From the NCBI GenBank assembly GCA_051294905.1, contig CM119371.1:11222001-11286000 (forward strand): a DNA stretch of 64,000 nucleotides. Reading direction: 5' to 3'. The number at the start of each line of letters is the position of its first letter. The stretch's first letter is position 1. The notes below the pieces were generated by a model that searched no databases, was not told where the DNA came from, and saw only the letters and a list, made by a program, of their open reading frames with translations. This document shows positions 1 to 11,050 of the stretch, piece after piece. The position numbers and the translations under genes are program-made. The stretch comes from Botryllus schlosseri (lineage: Eukaryota).

Positions 1-30
1 TCAGGCAACTGGTGTCTACATCACACTTTT

Positions 31-812
31 TCATCTTGCGCTTCTTGAAATAAGAACCACGCAGTCTTTCTTCAGTTGCGATATTGCGGTGTATTGAGCA
101 TAACACCTTGCAACCTATTTGTTTTATTTGATTATTTATTATTCACAATGAGTAAACAATGGGCCGTCCACAACGGTAGACCTATAAGGTAGGCTGTAAG
201 CTGTAAAATGTCAAATGATAAGTTCACCGATAGTGCAAAATCTACGGTACAAACGAAATGCAGTTTGCAAAAAAGTTTTAACTTTGCTAACAATTTTGAC
301 ATTATTTGACCTAATGCTACAATTTTTACCCGAATTTGACTTTTTTGGACAAAATCGCCCTAGTTATAAGTAAGTCATGACACTCATAGTGCTAGTCGGA
401 GGAGATTAGCTTATGATTCGAGAAAGATGCGCTCTGTAACTCACACTCATGTTGAATCGTCCTTTGAAAAATACTTCATCATCGCGCACCTTGATGATGC
501 CTTCTTCGTTTGTCAATTTAATGTGCCGAGACATAAATAGATCAAATGGAAATGAGGATTTCGGTAGAGGTCTTGTTGATCGGACCACCTGAAGGACAGA
601 ATCAGGACAACGTTTTAGCAAGAACCAATGCACACTTTAGGCGACAACCTCTCTACCATTTGGGTCGGTTTGACATATGCTCATAAACGTTATCACCAAT
701 TCATCAAACTCACTTTCCAGTCAAGATATCGCGATTCCTTCCGACGAAGTCCGAGAAACGAGCCTAGCGTCCCTGCCGAGAAACAATTTCCTTGCAAGTC
801 CATATGATGAAC
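31..812 (-). CDS. Putative 3' exons of module 1 (714-812, 445-588, 31-114)
   Basis: Phase-0 exons with canonical sites: VHHMDLQGNCFSAGTLG.. (LRR-like, TTTAG/GTGAGT), VVRSTRPLP..FNMS (TTCAG/GTGAGT), VARCYAQ..SAR*. The 588 exon could instead run to the stop at 406. Confidence 0.5.
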
Positions 813-1042
813 CTAAATGTCAAATGTATTGAAGATGGTAGGAACATGAGAGCAGGATAACTGCGTATTTAGAATTCCAACATATTTGTCTAATTATGGA
901 AGTTGCAAGACTACGTGGAGAAATCCCGGGATCTTGGTTCACGACGAATCTTCACGCCGAAACGATATTGATACAAATACAGTTGCTCGATCTACCGTCA
1001 ACCAGTCAGAAATTCAACTGTCCAGGCTTTGTCAAATCTCAC

Positions 1043-1350
1043 CTGAATTCGTTTCTTTTGACACTTTATGATAATATTCAGAATTTCATCGTCGATGTCG
1101 CAATAACTCAAATCTGCTGATTTAAGATCTTCGCTACGTGAAATCAGTGATCCCACTATATGAGCTTCATCGCGACTTAGCGATATTTCAGAAACATCGA
1201 CTGCGGTGAGAGTCTTCAGCAGATCATCGTTATTCGATTCATAAATTGCGGCGTATAGTTCCATGCGAGTTCGCCCGCCGAAGTCTGTCTTTTTCAATTG
1301 CGAAGTCATCGTTTGGGAAATAATTTCGCGCTTCTTCATTCGATCTGAGA
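1043..1350 (-). CDS. Post-NACHT/LRR exon of module 1
   Basis: ISDRMKKREII..LKTLTAVDVSEISLSRDEAHIVGSLISRSEDLKSADLSYCDIDD; RI-type LRR; acceptor ACAG at 1351, donor GTGAGA at 1042; homologous to 21105-21409. Confidence 0.8.
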
Positions 1351-1941
1351 CTGTTTTACAAAAAATAAGGCTTTAAAATAATGATATGCACCAAGCACCG
1401 AAAATGTAATGGAGGGCACAAATCGACCTGTTACGATTGACAATACAATTAACTTTGTCAAGTGGGTCTCATACGAATTGCAACCAAGTTTTCATGCTTT
1501 TAAACCGCCTTTTTTAGTACTACTGTATTGTTGAGTGCTGATATTGTCAATATATTGACAGGGAGCCACTCTTTGGAGTAAGCTACCCAACTAGTATATT
1601 GATTACTTGCCTTATACTTACAGTGGTTCAATTTTAGACTACGCACCCTTTGAACCGTTTTTGAAGCTGAGATATAGTCTTGTCACTTTTCCCTTTTGAG
1701 GTTTTACCAAGTAGGATGTAGTATTTGAATAGATTTATATCACTTTCATAATTGAACTTGTCTTAACAAATAGTCAATGAACCCCCTATTTCATTGCGAC
1801 AAATGCAATAATCAAGTTGATTTTGGATGTCTTCAAATAGACACATCTACTTGTGTCCACTACATGACTACTTTAGTACCTCTGGTCCAAGGCTGATGAT
1901 TTCGCGGAGACAGAGAGCCTCACTAAGACATAAAGCCTCAC

Positions 1942-3435
1942 TTTTGTGAATTCCGTTCGTTGATTTATCAGAGAAAACGATTCCCGAGACAAGTCTTCTG
2001 ACCTCCGACCACTGTCTGGTATGAAGATACTCGTCGTTGAAGCGAGAGAATTCCTCCAAATTCATCTCTGTAACGAAACAAGCAGCGAGAAATTCCTGGA
2101 TACCTGGATAGGAGAAGATGAACTCGCAAATGTCTTTGTTGGACGGACGAATGTGAAAATCGTTGTGCGTAGATTCCGTCATCAAATATTGAACATCTCC
2201 TACGGGTACATCGAAGCGCTTCAAGTATCTACCAGAGAACACAGTCTTTCCTTCAGAAAGGCCCCTAAATGCCAGGGCTTTTAATTTGTGTGTTATCTGA
2301 GAAATCTCGTTGTCCGCGTTTTGAATGCTCGAAGCGCTTGGAAGAGAAGCCATGCCATTCAATGCATCGACTTGATCCGAAGTCCGTTGCTGATTCCGGA
2401 TGTTCGCCGTGCTATGAAGGTCTAATAATATCATATCGTATAGTTCTCTGAGTGCAGTGGGCGGAGGTCTGTTTGGATCACCTCCCATTACGATTGATGT
2501 TAGAACTAGGTAAGCAGGCGTAGATACTAGCTGGACTAAGCGCGGAGACGTAGCTTGGATATTTCCCCATACTTTCCCACCGTTCACGCCGAGTAGGGAT
2601 ATGAAAAGTCTCTCTGAGTCCTGCGCAGAGAAACCCTTCAGTGCGAGGATTCTGTCTGGCCGGGCCATCATCGGTATCTCTGAGACCTTTAGTTCACGTG
2701 AAGCTACGAAGATTTTTACATGACGAAGAACATTGCGAGCCAAGATGTTGTACATGATCGTTGAGGTGCTTGCGGTATGATATTCTTTTGTTTTCCCAAA
2801 ATACCGTCCTGCTTGCTCGAGCCCTTCGACATTTGAAATAGACTGTGCTGTAGGCTTGTCCGAAATTATCCGAGAGTCATCGAATAAGAAATCGGAAGGT
2901 TCGAACCCGTCAAACATTAAAACTGCTTCAGTTTGATGGTCAAAGAGATATCTATAAGCTCTATCCTGCTCATCTTTACTTTTGGAAAGAGAACCAAATG
3001 GAAATTCCGATAGTGTAATGGACGATTGTTCTTGGATATCCTTCAATTGAATGTAATGAACCATCTTTGACGACATATCCGCTTCCTCGGATGACGTTCT
3101 GAGCGATTTCTGAGCTATTCTACGAAGGAGAGTTGTTTTGCCCGAACCGGGTGATGCGACAATGAAAGTGACACCAACTGCATTAGATGGCCCTGGCGAA
3201 TTCATGGTGGGACTTGGTGCCATGACCTCATCAATTGTAATTGATTGACCCCTATTTTTCACTCCACCGTAACGACCCTTCAGCGAGCTGCTTACATCAA
3301 AGATCCTCATCTGTGGGTGAATTTCGATGTCACGTTTCTGCAGCCATTTATGTCTGATATTATCGAGGACTTGAATTGACGTCATTTCCCTGGTATTGTC
3401 GTTCACAATCTTTATCACGTTATTCCACTTTTCTT
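1942..3435 (-). CDS. NACHT-domain exon of NLR-like module 1
   Basis: Walker A-like FIVASPGSGKTT, Walker B region VLMFDG, YNILARN..KIFVASRE and HD1/WH motif IQEFLAACF. Acceptor TTGCAG at 3436, donor GTGAGG at 1941; 1494 nt, phase 1-1; collinear with the 22644-24080 exon. Confidence 0.88.
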
Positions 3436-3479
3436 CTGCAATTATTTAGAACTTACAGTCCGTTTGACATACTGCCATG

Positions 3480-3915
3480 GCTATTTAGCATGGATGTGAT
3501 AATTCGAGTCATGACTCGATTCGAGTCAGACTCGAGTTGCGTATTTTTGATGACTCGACTTCACTGGAATCAATTTCTATATTGACTCGACTTGTACTCA
3601 AGTCATTGCGCATGACTCGGACAAAGTCATATGACTCGGGATGGGGTCTACCAATACGGCATTCATTGTAATTTCGAAGAATAGTAAAGTTATCACACTA
3701 TTATGATTTCGTCTATCAGCAGTGATACTTCAAAATGCTACCAAAAAACTGTGAAAAGTTAGAAAAATTAGTCTTCTATGAATGCAAAGTTATCGATATC
3801 ACCAACCAGAGTTGTGAAAAGTGGGTTTTACATGATAGTATCTTTAGGAACTGAACAGTAAACACAATGACTTGGACTCGAGAGTCAAAACCCTATGACA
3901 CGGACTCGACACTCT
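3480..3915. repeat. Degenerate GACTCGAGTC-rich MITE (family of 21670-22618)
   Basis: Clustered GACTCGA/TCGAGTC palindromic units as in the complete copy; ends not resolved. Confidence 0.55.
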
Positions 3916-3919
3916 AATC

Positions 3920-4580
3920 CAGGGGTTCTCAACCCGCGGCCCGCGGACCCGCGGGCCCGCATAGATTTATTTTACGGCCCGCGACATATTTCATAATGAA
4001 CGCAATTAATACTCACACGGCATTGTTACATATTAATTTATCTGCTTAGGTCTCCTATCGCACCGTTTCTGTTTCGTTTGAATACTCATTTTGGATTGTT
4101 CTGGTTTCTTGAAATATGCTCGAGTTTAGATTGTTATTGTTTTGAATCTGTATTCGGTTGGACTCCGGTTCAACAGATTCCCGCTAGTACATTTTTAAAG
4201 TGTTTTACTCACCGCGAATGGTTTGAACAGAAACAAGAAAGGGGAATGGGAAATTAAACGGCGAAAACTTGGGTTGTAACTCTGCGTGGAACGATGAATT
4301 TGCTTTCTCAGATATAAATGAAAAGCCGATGTGTCATATTTGTCGAAGAGCAGTTTTCGTCAGTTGTAATGAAGCGTAGAAGCTTTAAATGATACCATGG
4401 CAGTTTCGTCTGGAGTTAAACATATCGCCTGATCTTGGAAAAAAACTGCGCGAGTCATTGCCGTTTCCGGAAGTTAGCAGCAATGACAACATCCCCTGGC
4501 ATATTTCGAAGTTACAATTGTCTTATTCAACCGTGGTCAAAAGAGCAACAGCAACGTCAATCGTTCATATTTCGTAAGTT
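3920..4580 (+). mobile_element. hAT (Charlie/Buster-type) 5' end with decayed transposase N-terminus
   Basis: Terminus CAGGGGTTCTCAACCCGCGGCCCGC; remnant AWNDEFAFSDINEKPMCHIC at about 4280-4345 resembles the zinc-finger start of Buster/GTF2IRD2-like transposases. Confidence 0.55.
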
Positions 4581-4759
4581 CTGAAACACGTTGCCTCGTA
4601 GACTGCTTTATCCTAATTCCGAATTCACCGACTCCACAGCTAATTGTCTGAGTGCATTTTATCAGAGTGGGCATATTTGCAGAGCAAATGCTGGCTGGAC
4701 TAACATGGGAGGGGGACCAGCGAAAAACATTATTTTGACAAAACTAACAACTGCTTTTT

Positions 4760-5077
4760 TGGCAAACAAAGATTTCGCATCATGTCATGTTAATATTGAT
4801 AGAATGACCGAGAACAACATGAGGGTTCTTCATAGTAAATTATCTGTACTGTACATGCATAGTATAAAATTAGAAAAAACTACGATTTTCTTCTTAAGAA
4901 GTGAAATATTTAAGAATAAATAGCAAAATGTTCGGATTTTTTAGGGGTATAAATATCTTCTGACAAAGAGCCAATCCGACAAAACTAATGTGATATTCGT
5001 AATCAGTAACCTCAAAAACCCCAGAAACGTCTCTCAGATGTTCTGCCTAAAAATTTTTTCTCATTTTTTGACCAGTG
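4760..5077. mobile_element. Chapaev-type transposon end
   Basis: Similar over about 300 bp to 13605-13918; ends TTGACCAGTG, the inverse of CACTGGTCAA at 11051. Confidence 0.55.
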
Positions 5078-5388
5078 TATCGCTTACTGCCAGCACTACA
5101 TTCAAGATCCCAAAGTCTCTGAAATAGCAGCCTACTGTCTTACCTGACACACCATTATTGCAGATGCTATTTGTAATTACAAATAAGTTTATAATTAAAA
5201 TGCTATCATCAGATAACGATATACATTCTGTACGCTGCGAAACAAAGTTGTTTACTTTGCTGGCGCACCTTGGCATATCGGCGATCAGAGCCCAGAAGTG
5301 ATAAAGGTGATAGAGCCGGTTCCAGAAATATCGGTACTCAAACAATTTCAAGTTTATTAGGACTCGTAACTCCAGATCAGTGTATTAA

Positions 5389-8300
5389 AGGTCAACTATA
5401 TCGACCAAAACAACTTTGGCTAATTCTGTAGAGTTTTTCATGCTGATTCCAAAAATATACATCCTTTCTCCGAGAATTAAGTATTTACTGAGATATCGCA
5501 GCTCAAACTGCCGACTTCTGAGAAACGGCTGTAAAACCAGCACCCGTGACGATGACGTACTACCAGGAGGCTTTGCCGATGCATGGAAAACTGAATGGGA
5601 AGTCATAGTAAGTCGTGGGTTGTTGTTGTCCTCTAAACTTCCTTATTCTGCGTTCTTTTGATCCTAGTCTCCAACTGGGCTATTAAATCTCCATTTTATG
5701 GTACTTTAGGTTCTTATAATTTGTGATGGCTAGCGTAGAGGGAGTGATTAAGAAGAGGAAATACAATCTCAGGGGACTGCGTTGCGTTGCATATGGCTGT
5801 TCCAATAGTATACCAAAGAGGTCATTTCATGTGTTTCCCGATGTAGAAAAGGATAGAGAACGCCATAATGCTTGGGTAAGAATGGTCAAGAAGACGAGAG
5901 ACAAGTGGAAAGGGCCGCCACCAAAATCTTCTCCAGTCTATCATGGTTGTGTTTTATGCTCTGAGCATAAAGCCAGGTGCAATCCCAACGAAATTCTTCC
6001 ATAGACTTCATGACAGCGAGCCAAAAAAGAAGAGAGAAACTGCAGTCCCTCAAAAACTAAAGATTGCCAGAAAACGTTCAGCATCGTCCATAGACAATGA
6101 GGACAAGGTAAAAATGTGTGGTTCTACTAGTTTATTAGTTAGTTTACTTGGGTGACAGTGAAATGACTATGATAAAACAAGCCAACTTAGGTAAATATTC
6201 ATTATCTGGTAGAAACTCTTGATGACTGGCAGTAGACTAGTATTACTTAACGCAGGTCTCCAAGTCTTCATATATTGGACTAACCTGGATGCTCTACAAC
6301 AATACCGATGTTGTCTGACTCACTTCAACATTCTGTGACTCCTGTCAAACTAGATAAGAGTTGTCAAACGCATACTGTGCAATCTATTCATTTTAGGAGC
6401 AAGGGTATATATCATGGTTTGTTATGTTCATAGCATGAGCTTACATATCAGTGTTCTAGGAGTTACCGCAACCCCGTCGACGTCCGATTTCTCCTGTCAG
6501 ACTGGACCAAGTTTTGTGGATTCGAGTCAGTGCATCAGTAGCACCAGCAGTTCTGATACTGATTCGGAAGTCGGTGATTACATGCCTGAAAGTGAAGAAA
6601 CGTCCGAGTAAGTCATTTGAGGTGCAGGAGTAGTGTTTCAAATTCGAAGATGAATTTATGTTTCAGACTCTCCGAGGACGAAGATGTTGCGTTGAAATTT
6701 CTCCTTGTTGAAAAGAAGAAGCTGATAAGTCTATTTACACAGTGTCCACTCTGTAATACAGAATCATCACTCCAGGAATACCGTTCTGGTAGCTTGTTAA
6801 CCATTCACCAACAATGTGACAACGCTTCTTGTAAATTTCAACGAGTTTAGAAAAGTCAAAAGCAACTGAACAGGGGAATTGGCGAAGGGAATATTGCGAT
6901 AAGTAGCGCTGTATTCCTGAGTGGATCTTCTCCAGGAAAGGCCTTGAAGATGCTTCAGCTGATTGGAATGCAAGCTATCTCATATGCTACATATATGCAA
7001 CATCAAAAAAGCTATATCATTCCATCAGTAGGTTATATTTACGATGAAGAGAAGGCGGCATGTATGGCACGGGTAGCAGGGAACTTGTTAACGCTTTCGG
7101 GTGACGGGAGGTTAGTTGTTGTATCATCACACTTCATTTACCGACCGGTTCGAATTAATTTTCAGAGCTGACAGTCCTGGACACTGTGCCAAGTATATGG
7201 TGTACTCTTTAATGGACACAGCCTCGAAGAATATTTTATGCTGCGAATTGGTACAGGTATGTAGCATAATACTGCACTCTTAGATTGTGATTATAATGAG
7301 TGTTTTTCAAGTCCAACGAAACTGGAGGAACTTCACGCACGGAGAAGGAGGGTCTGCGGCGTTGCATGGCTTCAGTTATGCAATCGGTTACAATAAAAGA
7401 GCTTGTGACTGATAGGTATCCACAGATACGAACGTACCTTCGTGATGAATATCCAGAAGTCAAGCATTCCTTTGACACGTGGCACATTGCAAAAGGTATC
7501 GTACTTATTATTCTTACATTATTTAAATATTTAACCCACGTCATGTATCTAATGACACAATTGTCCAAATTCCCCATTTCAGGACTGAAAAAGAAATTAT
7601 CAGCCTTGTCAAGGAGGAAAGACTGTGAGCTCATCGCAGTTTGGCAAAAGGCCATGACTGCTCAACTTTACTTCTGTGCAAGGCGGGGGGGATGGAAATG
7701 CAGAGGTTAATACCGAGGTCTGGAAATCTGTTGCTAATCACATCACCAACCAGCATGTTCATCCAGAGCACACACATTTTCGTGCTTGCGAACATGGGGA
7801 GTTGACTCCTGCACGGCGATGGTTCAATGAAGGTATATACAAAATTTAATGCAATGACAGCACCGCCCATTATTCAACGACAGAATGATGCAAATTTCTT
7901 AATCACAAAATCTGTTCTGCTTCAGATTCCATTGTGTACCAGAAGCTGTACGACGTGATGTACTCCACGCGTATGATGAATGACATTAAGCAATTGTCAG
8001 GGTCAAGCAAAACGTCAGGGAATGAAACTTTAAACGCTCTTCTGAATCACTTTGCTCCGAAGCTGTATCATTACAGATACAGAAGCCAACGTGCAAGGCA
8101 AGTACCCAGTTCTGTTGCCATCACATGTATTGATACCATGAAATCACCACCTCTTCAGGATGCGGCTAGCTGTCCTGCACTTTAATGAAAACAGCTGCAG
8201 AGGGCAGAAGAAAAGCAGGTCCGGAGAGTCACTGTTCGCAGTAAAATATGTTAAATACAAGGAAGGCTGTATCGTTAATAAAAGTGCTAACCGATGCTAC

Positions 8301-9762
8301 TTACAGTAAGCTGCTGTAGTCATTGATTAGTTTAAGGAGTACCTCGTCATCACACTTCCTCTGCCACATAGGATACTGTACAGAGGTGAAGAATGAGGTT
8401 TGGAAGCGTATCTGTCATTCCATCGTAGACGACGAGGTGCGACCAGACCTCCCTCCCTTGCTGCTGCACGTGCAAGATTGCCACGAGAGCAAGCCATCAG
8501 AGAGCAGAAAACTAGGTTCAGCACATCATGATGATACCATATCACAAACGGTAATTATTATTACTTCGACTTCCGTTTCCCTCACAACTTCAAAGTGTTT
8601 TGTAACTTCAAACGACCACCCCTGAAATAGGCTTATATATAACCCCCTTAGTATTGCTGCTGGCTTTCACTTGGGTATCGAACCAGTGTTACGATGAAAC
8701 AATAAAATGGTAGTGTCTATGACCAAACATGATAATTGAATTTCTGCTTTAAATTGCTATTTCAGCCACGCTGACACTCCAGGCTGAGGGCATCATCCTG
8801 GAGTATAACATCAAAAAAAGAGAAATCGTAGAAAAATCCTGGAAATAATGAAGACTTTTTCGAGCAGATTTCTTGACACGATTTCTTTCTGTGACATTAT
8901 AATCCTTGCGATTTTGTATGTATTCAAACCTAGTAAAAGCTTCTGACTTTCCTGTATGTAGTAGTAACAGCTTCTCAGTAGTCATTATATTTTATACAAA
9001 GATGAGGTCAAAGTAGCAGACTGTGAGAACTGATGAGGAGTGTAGAAATCCAGTGGATGCGGTAGAGCGGAGTTCCTGTCGGATGGAATCTAGTCTGGTC
9101 TGGCCAAGCGTCTCTGAAAAGTCAACATGTACTCGGTATATGCATCAGCTCTCGAGCTTTGATCCTCAGCAATCTTATATGCATTCACTAATTTGTTTGG
9201 ACAATCCCAATCACTTGAAAAAAAGGAACTACTTTGGTCACCTGAGGATCACCAAGTAATTCAATGACTTACCTTTATAAGGGTATTCAGATCTATTTTA
9301 CTTTTATATTCTCTTCTTCACTGTCCATTGAGTGTGTTCAAGTGCATACCTCTTCTCTACTTCGCCTAGGCCCTAGGGAGGCCAAGGTGGGTGTCTGATT
9401 TCACAGACTACTCTAAGTCGTTTCGACACCTTCCTAGCTTTCCATTGTATCGTAGTTATGTGGTGTCTTCAGATGATGAAAATGTTAATAAACTGATACT
9501 GAACAGACACCGTGTCGCTATCATACAACTCCATAGCTTCGGCAGATGTTGACATTATCCCACTTCAATGCATGCACAACAGCCGCAGCATCGGAAATCC
9601 TCCTGGTAATACGTCATCGACATACTTTATTGATTTAAGTAGCGTTTTTGCCGGTGATGGCATTTTGAGACTTTTGCTGCTCGATATTTCAGAAAATAAT
9701 TAATTTTAGAAGGTGGGATGTATATTTTTGGAATCAGCATGTTTAGGCGATATAGTCGACCT
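5389..9762 (+). mobile_element. Kolobok DNA transposon (near full length, inactivated)
   Basis: TTAA (5385-5388) then AGGTCAACTATATCGACC; right end GGCGATATAGTCGACCT then TCAA (9763-9766); 26-bp perfect subterminal inverted repeat 5439-5464 / 9716-9741; encodes a THAP-DDE transposase. Confidence 0.82.
5726..8310 (+). pseudogene. Spliced Kolobok transposase (THAP + DDE/H2CH)
   Basis: THAP CVAYGCSN..FP..W..CSEH / KPGAIPT. Spliced core LSGDGR|ADSPGHCAKY, LVTDRYP, SFDTWHIAK, HITNQH..CEHG, SGNETLN..FAPK, RLAVLHFNEN. Lesions: frameshift near 5970, TAG at 6848-6850, frameshift near 7690. Confidence 0.82.
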
Positions 9763-9950
9763 TCAAAAGTAGGTTCACCGACAAAGAATTTCGATATAAA
9801 GTCGACAGGTTTGATATTCGATCGTGTAATATTCGCACCAGGATCGCGTTTTTTATATCCACAAGCGGGCGAATCCGACCTAAGTAATGACTAGAAAAAC
9901 CGTTTTTACCACAGAAGAATATGCGGAAGGAGGATACGACAGTAACTCAC

Positions 9951-10064
9951 GTTGTTCTTCCATTCCGAAAGCGCCTAGAAAACTCATCGGAGTGGGTCTC
10001 CTAAGAAGGTTAATCCCTATATCATCAGCTGAAGTGTTCATCCTTTTTTGAGCAACCTGCTCGC
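9951..10064 (-). CDS. Putative 5' exon of NACHT module 1
   Basis: TCTGCAG acceptor, GTGAGT donor, 114 nt open, phase 1-1 (GEQVAQKRMNT..FGMEEQ), compatible with the acceptor at 3436. Confidence 0.45.
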
Positions 10065-11050
10065 CTGCAGATGAATTAAAGCACATTTTCATCCACATCT
10101 ACTCGACCTCCTAATAACGGCAAAAATGGAGATCACACATATAAATGACTATCAGCTATGACATCGGTAACACGTTTAACAGATATCAGTCGATACGGGT
10201 AAGCTAACGATATGAAATGCATATTTATCAAATAGTTCATGGGCGTAAACAGACTACAGAGTTTGCTGCACTATAGTCAGGCCGTGTTGTAGTTGGCATT
10301 TCGGTAACCGAATGCCAAAACTTCTCGAAATAAAAATTTAAAATGTTAAAAATACGAGTTTTTGAAAATATGGATTTTTATGGAAGATTTGATAAAAATG
10401 TCAACCAGTATCACCAGAAGTCTGTATGGAGCGACAAAGCAAGTGTTTGATCAGAATTCATGAATCATAGGGTCCGTAGATCCTTCGGAAGTCCGCATAC
10501 TACTCTCCGAGGGGTTCATGAAAGATTATTGAAAAGGAAAAAAAACTTCAGTGATAAAATCTGGGTATACAACCAATCTGTGGATTGATCAATCCAGCGA
10601 TTAGGAAGTAGATGGTATTAAGCGATTAGGAAGAAGATGATCTCTGCACGCCAAAGTAGTAATAGGCTTATTTCGGAATCTGTGATAGCGGGCCCCAGTC
10701 TTAAGATTTAGCGCAATTACTAGGCATTTCATTGTTGCCAATGCTCATGCATTTTGTCGCATCATGCCACGCCACGAGCGCTAGTGATCCAGGGCAAATT
10801 TAGCTCAATGTGCATTATGCCAAAATTCCATTCCCTTTAAACTTGCTATTGAAAACTGTATGCATGTTCATTGTTCTATAACTCAAAGATTGTGTAACGT
10901 TTTCCAATAGGGACATAGTTTCATTAATGAACAGACATTGTGCAAAAGGCCTCCAGGTTTATACCTACCGTGCAAACATATTTACATTCAGTCCTTTCCT
11001 AGTTTTTCATTGCGGAATTGGATAATTTTTCATATTATAAATATTGATTG

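Noticed and set aside
2825-2907. Walker B insert as a GT-AG intron
   Set aside because: The GT..AG interval is 83 nt and would shift the frame.
3436-3480. ATG exon (MAVCQTD) with a GTAAGT donor just upstream of NACHT 1
   Set aside because: The implied intron is only 21 nt, and unspliced reading hits TAA.
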